DNA of 53,403 nt, filler included, from Catajapyx aquilonaris (taxonomy: Eukaryota), in the NCBI GenBank assembly GCA_000934665.2. It is 2 parts of 2 records of this genome, joined end to end, with 100 filler letters (N's around TTAATTAATTAA, not from the genome) between each part and the next. Parts side by side here need not be neighbours in the genome. Positions count along the whole stretch, not along the records: positions 1 to 26,651 come from JYFJ02005177.1; 1 more part is not named here. The stretch is one strand, 5' to 3'. The position numbers and the translations under genes were made by a program. The notes under the pieces were generated by a model, which was not told the DNA's origin, made no database searches, and saw nothing but the letters and a program-made list of their open reading frames with translations. Below are positions 1 to 12,400 of this stretch, one piece after another; the stretch's first letter is position 1, and each line of letters starts with the position of its first letter.

Positions 1-40
1 GTGCCGTATATTGTCGCGGTCCGCCAGTTGAATATCCCTG
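1..40 (+). mobile_element. Right end of a hAT-like MITE (same family as 449-895)
   Basis: gtcgcggtccgccagttgaatatccctg matches the end of the element at 449-895; followed by gacTAcac, an nnnTAnnn-type 8-mer. Confidence 0.65.
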
Positions 41-95
41 GACTACACAATGCTGTTGGAACGCATTGTACAGTAGAGAGAACTATAACTTACTA

Positions 96-404
96 CCGTA
101 GACGCGTAGAATCTTGCGAGTCCACAAGCAAGAAATAAACAGGGGTGATCGTCATTGATCATAATAGAGGAAATTAAATTTTTTAAAAAATATCATATTA
201 ACCAAACTAATCAGTGATCAGTTTGATTATCAAACTGATCACTGATTTGTATGTGTATGACACAGACACACTAATCAGTGATTAGTTAGGTTAATATGAT
301 ATTTTTCATATATTTTTTAATTTTAAAATTTTGCCAGAAGATCAATGACGACCACGGGAGTTTACTGCCTACTTATAACCTCGGAAGATTCGGCGCGTCT
401 GCGG
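96..404. mobile_element. Foldback/palindromic MITE-like element
   Basis: ccgtagacgcgtagaatcttgcgag pairs imperfectly with ctcggaagattcggcgcgtctgcgg; further inner arms; perfect 19-bp-arm palindrome at 209-247. Confidence 0.7.
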
Positions 405-448
405 CATTGATTATGAAAGTATATAATATTTATTTCTGCTGTATAGAC

Positions 449-895
449 CAGGGGTATTCAACTAGTTTATGACAAGGTATTTACCTTTCCTGGGCCATTG
501 AAAGTCCGGACCCCCCCCCCCCGGGGGGGGGGGGTAATGATATGGATTTTATATGGTACCACAGGGTTCATTTTTGAAAATAGAAACATGTCCAGCAAGG
601 GTAGAAGGGCCTATTAAGACATTTTCGCCCTTTATGAAGTCCTGTACAGAAATTTTTTCGGAGGGGCGCCGATTTCATAAGCACAAGGGGAACAAGCCGT
701 AAAGGGCAGGGAGCCAGCCCGCCGCATGCGAAATTTTTTGTGGGGGTTCAAAGAGATTTGAAGCACTTTTTCCCAAAAAATCATGAATTAGTAACTTCTA
801 ATGCTATTTCAAACTGTCCTGTATATCGTCGCGGTCCGGACAAAATTGCGTCGCGGTCCGGATCCGGACCGCGGTCCGCCAGTTGAATAGCCCTG
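449..895. mobile_element. Non-autonomous hAT (Charlie-like) element
   Basis: TIRs caggggtattcaact / agttgaatagccctg; subterminal gcggtccg repeats; degenerate 8-bp flanks gtaTAgac / tgaTAgag. Confidence 0.75.
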
Positions 896-899
896 TGAT

Positions 900-1024
900 A
901 GAGTGCGAGCCGTGCGAGTAAGAAGAGTGACGTCACTGGCTGGGGGGCAATGGAGAAAAGGCTTGTCGCCAGCCAGTGACGTCACCCAAGGGCTACCATT
1001 TCTTACTCGCACGGCTCGCTCTCT
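900..1024. mobile_element. Short palindromic MITE carrying two TGACGTCA motifs
   Basis: 25-bp inverted termini agagtgcgagccgtgcgagtaagaa (1 mismatch) plus inner 17-bp arms gtgacgtcactggctgg / ccagccagtgacgtcac. Confidence 0.75.
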
Positions 1025-4000
1025 CTCACTTCGATTTGCACGTCTGCCGCATCGAAAAATGTCGCTAGCAGTATGACGGAATTAATGTCCAGCATTGTAC
1101 AGCAACTATCGCTTACCCAAGGCGAATATGTCATTGCGAATGACAATATGAATATGTTCGATAATGTTACTTTTTGGAAGAATTAGCTCTCAGCTTAAAA
1201 TACAAATAGGAGACGATGACATTAAATATTATATAACAATTTTAAAATCGAGTAACTCACCACAGTAAAGGATTAGTCCAGGCTTGGGTCACAACCTATT
1301 ATATAGATTATTTTGTAATTAATAATCATGAGAACATACGCTACAATGGCCATGTGTATAAATGTTGATTTGCGAATAATGCCAATGTTGTTGCTGCTAT
1401 ACTATCACCAATAGGAACAAGAGGAATAAGAAAAAATTTCAAATAAGAAATTCATTGTAATTTAGATCTAATGTGATTGATTGATTTATTTTAAATTACG
1501 GTATCCCTTACTCATGTTAAAAATCTATTTAGAGAGAGACACGCGCATATAACAATATATTAATTATTGGACATGACATGAAATCAAAAGAATTGACAGA
1601 AAATTAAAATTGAACAGGACGTACGCTTGGCTACATTGGTAAAGAAAGCAAAAAAGTATAGAAGTAAGCTCTCTCGCGTTTCATTGGCATAGGCCTACCG
1701 TGACCATAAAATCTGTATGAATTTTTCCTCTCCATTTGTCATTTCATAACTGTGTTAAGCAACATGGGCATTAGCTAACCCATGTTTGCTACATCAGTTC
1801 TAAGGGATGTTGTGATTCACTTTGTGAAAGTATCAGTAGTTCGTAGTAGAAATCGATATTGGCCAGCCAATCCAACGACCCGAGATTTGAGGCTGGGCCA
1901 ATTGAATAACCTCAGTCGGGTTTTCAGTTGATATGTTTCTCTAAAATGTTCCAACATGTTAATCACGGAAGGGAGGCGTGGGATTCCGAAAACAAAGTAG
2001 CAGAGTCAACTCCCAATGTGAATGCAAAATGGTGTATCTGGAAGCTTATGCAGGTGACTGTTGGATAGTCCATATTAAAATATCAACTCTAGAACTGTAC
2101 AGTATGTGCTGTACCAATTGAAGCATTAGCCATTGTACTGCACAGTGCCAGTTGTGGAAAATAAGCTTCCCACATTGTATCATAAAATAGCGATTACGCT
2201 GATTGACAGAGTGGCCTGCAAGCGCGGCCTAATTCAGGACAATAGTTTTTAGCTTAAATGCTACTTTTAGGCACAAAATCAACACTTTCTACGATATTAG
2301 CCATGCGCCATAGAATCGACAGTATAACTCTGAAGCAAAAACTGCATTTTGAAAATTAAATATAGGGCTAGGAAAAATTGCGGAGGTAATTATTGGCCTG
2401 CACTGGGAATAATCGAAAATGCCATCATGAAATAACTCACACTTTGACTGAACACCCAACCATCATTTAACGCTAGAAACTTAAACGTGGTAACGCATAC
2501 GATATTAGTGTCCAATAAACCCGCGTGATTGACAATATTGTGGTCACTCTTCTCCACCTGGCCCTGATTGTTTCAATCAAAAAGCACCCACCCGTAGCTG
2601 AAAGGAAAATCCGGGAGCCTTAACCATCATCCCAGGCTCTTCCTCCCATCCGGAAATGATCTCTCAACCTCCAATCCCCCAAGCCTTTGGAGATTCGCAC
2701 TCCGGCTTTTTGCATACACAGTAAAAGGCGCAACTTGGTTGTGATTTAACATTCTGAGTGGCCATTGAGTCGCCAAGTGGTAATCTGTCCCCTTTTTTTT
2801 CTGAAACCTCGTTTCCGTTTATTGTCGAAGTTTGGGTTGTTTGTGTGGCCGAAAAAGGGGACAGATAAGAAAGGACTATACGAGTTGGGTTCTTTCCGCC
2901 GCATTGTACACGGAGTTGACGCGCTATTCTGATAGTATTGATTCCTATTGAAGAATTACGTCATTATTCTTATCGGCACAATTGCCACGTTACTAACGCT
3001 CTTTGATGATTCGTGTTTATTGCTAGAACTGGTTTGATTTATGAGAGATCAAAAAGATGGCAGTTTTTTGGAGGGAGGACCTACCGTGATATCAACCAGT
3101 TTTTTTTGGGCTCCAGCAGAACTCTTTATCTGCACTTGACAAGTGTTAGCTTTATACCTTTATCCATGCACACTAATTAACACGATTCAAGTGAAAAGGT
3201 TGGGTATAATGCTGCAAATCTGCTTCCATAGTGATGTAAGCGGGCATGGCTCCATAAAAGAGCTTTAGAAGTGGGATTAATAGCGGTGAATTATGTTACA
3301 TAATGTTTACATATGGGTTGAGAAATTCTATTCATCAGTTTGGGAGCCTTGAATGCCGAATGCAAAGTGTGCAGATAGTGCAAGAAGAGTGCTCCAAAAT
3401 TTAGTTCGTGAATGTTACTTTTTGCACTTTTTGCAAACGAGAATGTTAGCCGGTGGGCTACACGGTTTTGACGTAATGCGCCATGATGTGTGTTTGACCT
3501 GGGGCATATCTATGACCAGGTGGTGATTCATGACCCTGAAAGACTAACAGTCGACGGGAAAAGATTTGGCAATAAATCTTGAGTCTGAAAGAGAGCCCGT
3601 TTGAATATTGCACATGACGCGAGTAATTAGCGATAGTCACGTTTAGAGCACGGATGTAAAATGACTAAATTATGGGGAACCTATTCACTTGTTAACAGCG
3701 TGATGAAAAGCAGCGCAGTGTGCATTATGCCTCTAGTCTCATGGTGTAACCTACATGTAAATGAATCGACGCTGTCATTACATTTTACCTATATGGACAG
3801 GCTAAAATGTTAGGCGCTTTTTGTGATCGCTACTCTTTCATTCGCAGCGAAATTGAATTAGGGGAGACTCGTGTGGGCTTATTTTATCCAATGACAGATT
3901 TTCAATCAGGTGATAGAGGTACTTAGGGTAAATACCTTGTTATGAGGCGCTCAAAATTACATGTGACTTACCGCACACTGTGTAATCCTCTTTTAAACTG

Positions 4001-4032
4001 TGGTGGATGGAATAAAACTTGGAATAAGAGGA

Positions 4033-4045
4033 TAATAATAATAAC

Positions 4046-4096
<51 letters not shown>
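4033..4096. repeat. (TAA)n microsatellite
   Basis: Direct reading, about 21 units with one interruption. Confidence 0.95.
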
Positions 4097-4098
<2 letters not shown>

Positions 4099-7000
4099 CG
4101 TAACGCTAATGAGTAATGCTAATGAGGTTTTCAACAGAGGTAATAATTATTACGAGTTAATTATTTTTGAATGTGAGCTTAATCTGACTCTTGTCCATAA
4201 AATTATTCCGCACAACTAACACATATAGCAAAGCCATGGTATGCAAATTAATCCTACCATGTGATGTTTTCTACAGGTGAGATATATGAGCACTTCTAAT
4301 TAACACAAATGTTTTACCTATAGTATAGAAGCTATTGTGCAGAAACTGTTGGCAAAGTTTAAAAAAACTACTGTTTCCACGCATAAGCTTTTGTGGAAAG
4401 AACAAAAAGGTTGTTCTGTTCTCATTTTTAAAAACCACCTCATTGTTATGGCAGTTACATTCTGAATACACTCTGATCTTCAATTAGGCTTCCATGAAAT
4501 AGCCTAGAACTTAAATTTGTGGAGTACATATACTGTGAAATGCATAACAAAATCACTACACTCAACTTTGAGATAATACTTGCGTTGCATTAACTTCAGT
4601 GAAGCATTATTGATTTAATATCTGACATTAATATCATTTTATAGCAAGGTTTGTCAATTCATGTATGTATATCAGAGATGATAATGTATCTAGCCACGTG
4701 ATTGTTAGTCAACCATAAAAAGTATGCTCTTTCTACATTTAAAGAATTAATTTTTTTCAGTCAGGTCACAATGAAATCTGCTGCCTTTTCCAATCAGCAT
4801 TTTCTGGCCGATTCACCAGTTCATCCTGGAAATTAAATAGCAAGGGCCAGGTAAGCCCACTTTTTGTGCGAAAAGTTTTTTTAGAGTTAAAAAAAACAAG
4901 TCTCCATATTATAGGCCTACAGTACGTATATATTGCTGCCGGATACCTAACTTCGAAGGCGGGAAAGCCCCCCGTCTCCCCCTTCCATCTCCCCCATGCC
5001 TCAACCATACGTATTCTTACGCCAGTCCATAAGAAGAAGAAAAATCCTGGCTCGGAAATAAGTACTCACATGTAGTCTTGGAAATACCCACGTCTGCGTT
5101 GTTAATTTGTCCGAGTAACTCCCTGATTGCGGGTCCTAACAGATGTTATGTAACGTTTGAACGGAATAGACGTGTGTTGACGAAAGTTCCTGACTATTCC
5201 TTGGGGTCGAGCAACCCTGGCCGGCATCGACCGCTTCAGTATAGCTCTTCAATCTCCATAGAGTCCATTGTCATCATTGGCAGAATGTGCTTCTATCTTA
5301 GGTAAATTAGAAACGAGAAGTGAGGCTTGTGGGGTAGAGCAAGATGGTATACAGCAGCTGCTTCTATGGTGATTACCTGGGGGGTGTAGGTCAGATCATA
5401 GGCAAACATAGCCTGAAGTGGACCATGAAGTTTCTCAAGTGTCTGAAAGTACTGTAAGACATTGAGGGTGATCTTCTGCACTTGGCTCTGGTAACTAATG
5501 CCCTGCCCAAGTCGTCCAGGGTGCTTTCCTACAGTGCTGGAAGCCTTACGCTTGCTTGCTTGTCCAGGCAATGGTGGATTTGTTGAGCCAACGACACCAA
5601 GAAGAAACGATGATGCAGACAGCAACGCAGCAGCAGATGCTGGTGCTGGTGAGGGTCGAACCTGTCGCAGTCCAGCTAACGTTGCAGATGACATGGCATC
5701 AGCAACTGTAGTAGGCCAGGCTCGTGATGGTGCAGTTGCTCCCACAACAATACATGGGTGACCAATGGGCAGTGATGGAGCTGGGCCACTGAAGACAGCG
5801 CCTTGTGGTGTGGGAAACCTGATCACCGACATCCCACGAAGTGCATCAACGCAGGCCTTGGGGTCAACACAATTACTGGCGTTGGGATACACTTTGTCCT
5901 GACTACTGACACTGCTCTGTACTAATGGACAAACCAATTATGATTCAAGAGTTTTAGTTGTTACAGCTGATATGGACTAAGGCATGGGTATTCTGGAACG
6001 CATATTTTAAAATAATCAACGAAATACATTTAAAAAATGTAATGTCATATGGTAAACTGCACATTACGTCACAGACCCTCACACTACTGGCTAGCCAGGG
6101 AGGTGTGGTTATTGTTCTTATAGTATGAACCCATATTCCATGCAAACGTTATGAATCTTGAAAAATGCCTACGTTTTTAACAAAATGTGTTCTACCTTTA
6201 AAAATTAGCCGTACGGAATGATTTGAGGTGGTATAACGTTTGCAAATGAGAGTGTGTAGAGCTAATTCAGGAGAGATTAGCAGAGTTTCATATTTGACTG
6301 CCCATGTGGTGTTGGTTAAGACCTGAAATGCAACAATTTGATCTCCCTTCCCCATTTGGCACTCAAAAGCGTGACTGCAATATGTATACGCAGCCTCCAG
6401 GGAGAACCTGTTGAATAGGTAAATTTTTCCATAATTATCAACCCTGTGTGGACACACCTTTATAGGAATATCCCACCGCATATTACAAAGTGTAGTTTCC
6501 TTGTTTATAGGCCCTTTTGTGCGCTACATATTCCGCATTGCTAGGCTACGCTATTTTTGACACGAGCTGACCTGTCATTACGCAGTTTTTACTGGGGGTT
6601 AAATGTTATGTTGGCATCACACCTTGTCCCGGGGAAAAAAAAACTAAAGCGCTTGCATCATTTTTGATACGTGATAGAGCAATCTATTACCCCGGTATCT
6701 GTACCTATGGCGTTTGATCAACGCTTTTTAATTACGAGGCGAGGAAAGTACCCATTAATTACAGGAAAAAGAACGCGCGTTTTCACGCTTGCCATTTTGA
6801 AGAAGACTAGATTAATAAGCTTCAAGACCATGTCATGAAGCCGTCACTTTAATACAGCCTAATTACCATCCTGACTCATAATTCACTGTTGTCAGTAAAG
6901 TCAATGTGCCTCCCACATAAGCCCGGTTGTAATTATAAGTCCCACGGTGGACGCACCGCCTATAAAACACCCCAGATTAACAAGTATTAAAATAATTAGA

Positions 7001-9160
7001 CGGCCATGAATTTACAGGCTAGTAAACGTCTACGAGGGCCACGCACTTGAAGGTGCAGAACAAAAACATGTAGACATCCCAAAATTCTAATTAACGGAAA
7101 AGGGACCTTTTTGAGATGCACCTGAAGCAAAGGAGCCTAGCTAGGGTCCAAGGCGAGCTACTTTAATAGCATTGCGATAAAAGTGTCAGGATTGAAATTT
7201 AGATGTTCAGCTGTAAAGTTTCTTTGCGTTATCTTTTGCGACGTACTTGCGACGTATCCTCCCAACGACATGGCTCTCATTTGCATATTTGCATATATCT
7301 CAGTCGTTGCGTTGTATATCTTATCCTAACGGTAGGGGTTATAGTCGTCGGATTTTAATAGCACTTTTAATCACTTCAGGAGGCCTGAATATACAGTATG
7401 AAAACGTATATCAAGTTCCGGAAGAGTTTCCCATTTTTTTCGAGTGTTGGCAAGGAAATCCATATATGCAAGTGTGGGCTTCGGAAACGCTTTAACGTAC
7501 GCAACTGCTAACGAATTACACGCCAGAGCCGATGGTATGGGGTGCAACCAACCACACACACTACCATATGCGAGTTCACACACTGCGGCCTCACCAATCC
7601 GATTTCCCGCTTTCAGAAGACATGAATAAAATACACGTGTTCAGCCATGCGACTAGTGAGGTGGGTGGGGTGGGCCATGTGGTTTCTGTCCGCAAAAGTT
7701 CCGGGTATACAAAAATGCAAGGTATTGGATACCTAGGTGGCGTTAGAGGAATGTGCATTGCATTCAGATAGCAACCCTACGTTGCCAGCCGTGTTCAAAA
7801 ATGGCGGAAAATTGATGCACACCTGCCAATATCTCAGCAATCGAGCAATGCACTCGATCCACTTGCAGTGCAGTGATATTGCGTCAAATTGGGCAAAAGC
7901 TGCGTTTTGTTGATGGAAGTAGAGGAAACTTTATACAGGTCGAAGAATGAACGGGCTGCTCTCTTATCAAAGTAGACCACTTCTCGCAAGACATGATGAA
8001 CACAAACCATATTGAAGAACATGTAATGATTTTATAACACATATTTGTAATTTGCATAAAAATGTATGGAAATCCTGAAAGTGGCAATCATTGCATTTGC
8101 CTTGTAAAATAATATTAAGAATAAAACATGAAAAGTGTATGTGTCCAGCTACCTCGTAAAGGGCTCAGTTAATAACGCCTGGGGTGTAAATACATGGAGC
8201 GTGTATAAATTCTAGGTCCTGTGAGCGACATGCCAGTAGTACACGTATGCAATTTCAGGATCACGACTCATTTTCAGCATGTCTCTGCTGTGCATATTTG
8301 AATGCGGAATTTTACTGAGGGTGAGAAGATGACTGCATCCATTATTACGTACTCTGCGGAGATGTCACCCTCAAAGAACGCATACATTAGTATTGCACGC
8401 GATCCATGTGTGGTCGAATATGAACCATCCAAGATATGTAATACTAGGCTGCATGATAAATGATACCTGAGCGAGGCAGAGTATAGGTCTAGTGACACCT
8501 ATACACTATAAAGTGATTCTCTGGTTCATAGGAATGTGACCTTTTGTCGCTATATCATGGCGAATATTCTATACACTAAGCGATTTCCTAATATATTTTA
8601 AACTATGCGCAAACATGTGTTTTTGTACAGTACTGTTTCAGCCGATTTCCCCGTTGTTACCCATGGGCCCAAGAAAGCTGAGCTATCTCTCACAATGAAT
8701 ATTGCTCTCTTGCTTTCATTACGGTATTTTCCTATAGGCTCCTCGATTGCAAACTAAAGACAAGACTGCAGCCCGTTCGCACACTGTTTCAGAGCTCGTT
8801 TGGTTAGATAATGATCCCTCTACATTCAGAATTAACCGATGAGCTCGCTCAAGCCGGAGACTGATTTTCATGTTAGGTGATATAGGTACTCTAACAGTTC
8901 CTGCCAGTTCGCTTTACCTTCTGCTATTAGCAGGCAAGCGTAAGCGTATATACTCCTTGGAGAATTTCATCTCCGATATTATGGAAAAATAACTCTCGTT
9001 GATCTATCAGTTAATATTTAATCGAATGGGATTTACTTGGCTTTATAGGCGAATTTAATCAATATAACCTATGAAAGCCTTGTAGCAAAATGAGCTTTTC
9101 ATAATATTCTAGGTAGTCTTGAGTGTCGGTACTCTGAATATTACAAAACTGTCTAAAAGT

Positions 9161-9440
9161 ATCGAAGCATGTTGGTGTAGTGGATATGGAGTCCGCCTGC
9201 TAATCGGGAGGTCCTGGGTTCGAATCCTGGGGCCGGCGACCCGGACCGTGGTTTTCTGTGGTTTTCCACGGTCCTCCCAGGATAATTCCGGGGTCGTTTC
9301 CGTAAAAACAGGCCACAGCCGCTTCCTTCCGTCCTTATCCTATCCCAAAAAGCAAATATAAAATGAAAGCAAAGAGTTCCAGTCAAAACAAAAATTTCCC
9401 CCCTAAAGAGCCGCCGGCTGATAACGGGGTATGAATTATT
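9161..9440 (+). mobile_element. tRNA-derived SINE, family A
   Basis: A box tggtgtagtgg, B box ggttcgaatcc; 16-bp TSD aaaactgtctaaaagt (9145-9160 and 9441-9456); body shared with 49028-49289. Confidence 0.92.
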
Positions 9441-12400
9441 AAAACTGTCTAAAAGTGCAAGTGTGTAATCAATTATTTCTGATTGGAATTATTGATATTG
9501 AACATTATTTTTCCACAGCAGCCTTGTTAGTGCTCTTACACAAACATAGATTAAAAACTTGGTTCCTTTATAAATCTGGAAAAATTATTCTGATAAGCTC
9601 ATGTAAACAGATATGTATCATTTGTGGTCTCTGTAGACTACGATTATCGTATTATTATCAACAGCAAGTTCTTTCTGTGCTGGTTGCTTGCAGAGAGTTT
9701 CTATAATATTGCAGTGCAGTGAGAATACCACAGTTGGAATCCATTTGTGCTGATTGTATGGCAACCATATGCCCCGACACCGTGAGTAATGAACCACCCA
9801 TTTCCCGTGATAGAGTATAAAAATCCCAGTATCTCTTAACCCTCTCTACTTGAACCATTATACTATTTAACAATTTTACGTTATTCATGAATAACTCGTG
9901 TCTCAATACCAAAATAATTATGCCGTATACATTAATTTCACATAATTACTCCATGGAGTGTAAAATATTTCCACTGCATGACGACATGCTGATAGAGTGG
10001 AAATGAGTTGAATAATCCCTGAGTATGTGCTCTCCGAGTGTATTTTCCCCGCCCACCTAAAAAAGGGGCAAAACTTGAGTTCTTTTGTCAGCCTGTGTAA
10101 TAAGCCGAGGCCATAGCGCTACAGCAGTGAATTCCCCAAATTCCGCTGACCCTTTTAGTACGTCACTCGGGGTGCTAAGGGCTAGCCTTGCAACCCTATA
10201 AATTTTAATCGGCCTTCCCAAATCCGTTTCCACACTCGGCTGCTCCATGGGGGTAGGGAGCAGGAGGAGTAGGAGGANAGAGAAGAGGGAGGGAGGGGGG
10301 GGGGCAGAAAATTACTTTTTCCACAGCTAAAACGCTTAACTCATCATTCAAAACGGCTACAATAACAAACGACAAACGCACTTTTTTTTTGTTGTACACG
10401 GAGACAAAACCTCAAAACGTGCAAATATATTACAGGGTCGTGTTAGTCATCACCAGGCCATGACTTTTAGTCCCCCTAATATAAATGGCAATCGGTTTCG
10501 TGTCGCGCGTCCGGACATTTGTCCGGAATGTGACGTCATGCTGTAGGGGTAGGGAACCCGGTTATTTATTAGATGGGGGAGTGTCGCCTTTGCCATTTTC
10601 AAGAGGGCGGTCATCTATTAAGGGTTTAGAGCAGTGCATTTGGGAGTTTGGCAAAGTTTTGGAGAGGGGGGGGGGTGTAGGCGGGGTATTTGGAGTTAAC
10701 GGGGGGTGGAATTAAGGAGAGGACAAGAAATGGGAGGGGGTAAAGCAGGGATGGGGTTGGTGTTTTTCAAAGTTCAAAAGTTCCCAGTTTCCCGTATGTT
10801 GCTCGATGCACATCAAATCATTTGTCACTGCTAACTTCCAGTAAGGGATGGTTATATCAAGGGTTAGAGCTAAGTTGGGCCCCATTTAATGCTCCTGGTC
10901 ATTCACACCAGCTTTTAATCCGTGACATTCCTATTCAGGTTTTTGGGGCAACCGAGTTCAAAACGCGGCAAATGTAACACTAAACCTAATCCCCATGCCC
11001 TGCAGACAATAGGGTTAATCAGAGAGAGTTTGCGCGCACACGTTGCGCGATAATTGCGGCGCATAATTTCTTTGAAGAGTATTATTATTTTCCATTACAC
11101 CGGGCGAAGCTCCTGGTCTGTTGTCTATCAGCTTTGTAATGCGACAATAAACAGGCGGAACAGCAGTAAACACAATCATAAAAGCGGAGATAAAACCCGT
11201 AATCAAAGCAATCATTAACCGTGATGGCATAATGCGAAGACCTGTCTGGAAGAGCGCCATCTTTTCCTTTAAAAGATGCCAAGTACCAGGGTTGTTTTTT
11301 CCTCTCCAGAATTACATAAACTCGAGTCACGTGTCAATGTTTTTCCTCTTTTAAAATGACAATATCGATGACCCAACTTCCCACCATTTTTTTTGTCCCG
11401 TAATGGCCAGACTAATCACGATGGCGCCTTGGGTCACGAGGCACGATGGCCACCTGCCAGATCATGGAGGCGCCATAATCGGATTCTAAGGAGGCGGAAA
11501 CCCGCAGGATAATCTGATAAAAATGCTTCTCGATAAGCACGAGTTCCATTGTGAGCGGCCATCTTGTCCCTTTTTGTCGTGCCACCTACACAATGGGCAT
11601 TTAATGGCGAAATTATCGGGAGTGGGGGTTTGTGGCGTCCAAAAGTCCTTCCCGTATTGAAAAGTCATCAGTGGGGGATAGGCTTGTGTTGACTTCCCCC
11701 ACCGTCTTGTGCTGTATTAAGGAAAAGGGACTATTTTTTTTTTCTTTCTTCATTTTTTGCAGGTCGTCCTCCCCAACCGAGATCCATTTTTACTCTATCG
11801 TCCTCCGCCCCCAACTCAGATGGTATTGGGTGCGGATGACAGGGACCAGTGCTTCTGTTAAGACCCAAAACGAGGATGAACAGATGGGGAAGGAGGGTGG
11901 AAAAGTAATATGCTCTATAAACTCACGGATGGTTCTGTCGTGACAAAGAGGGAAGAAGTGAGGGGAAAAAAGGCGCAAGTTGAGGGAGGGGGTGGAAGAG
12001 GGGTGTGTTTTATTTTTATTTTGCCAACTGTTCGTTTTCATCAACTTTGGTATCCCTCCCCTCCTTTACGAAATTCACATAATTCTTTGCCTGTTGACAG
12101 ATATATTGCCTTCAGTCAATAACGTGCAGGGTTGTGTATGGCATTCGAATTATGAATACTAGTAGGCCAAACATGGGGGGGAAGGTTAAGGATCATAGAT
12201 CAAGGGGATTTTCCACTCTAACGTATTTTATGATTCATTCCATCAATATGACACAACGTGAACATGGCTTGAAACAAAGGACAGCCTTTTCAAGATTGTC
12301 CATTGTAAAAGTTACTCTCAATAACGACACCATTAAGTTGATTAGAAGGGGGAGTCTTCCACTACGCATGTCGGTCGTAACTTTGATCGCTAGTGTTAAA

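Noticed and set aside
3940..4134. Poly-Leu ORF (also poly-Leu 43861-44169 and poly-Ile 49470-49685)
   Set aside because: Translations of (TAA/TTA)n microsatellites and SINE tails.
6149..6481. Possible Harbinger-like transposase fragment
   Set aside because: Resemblance too weak to support by eye.
9161..9240. SINE heads (also 43779, 49028, 49987, 52158) as genuine tRNA genes
   Set aside because: They lack proper acceptor stems and continue into shared bodies, tails and TSDs.
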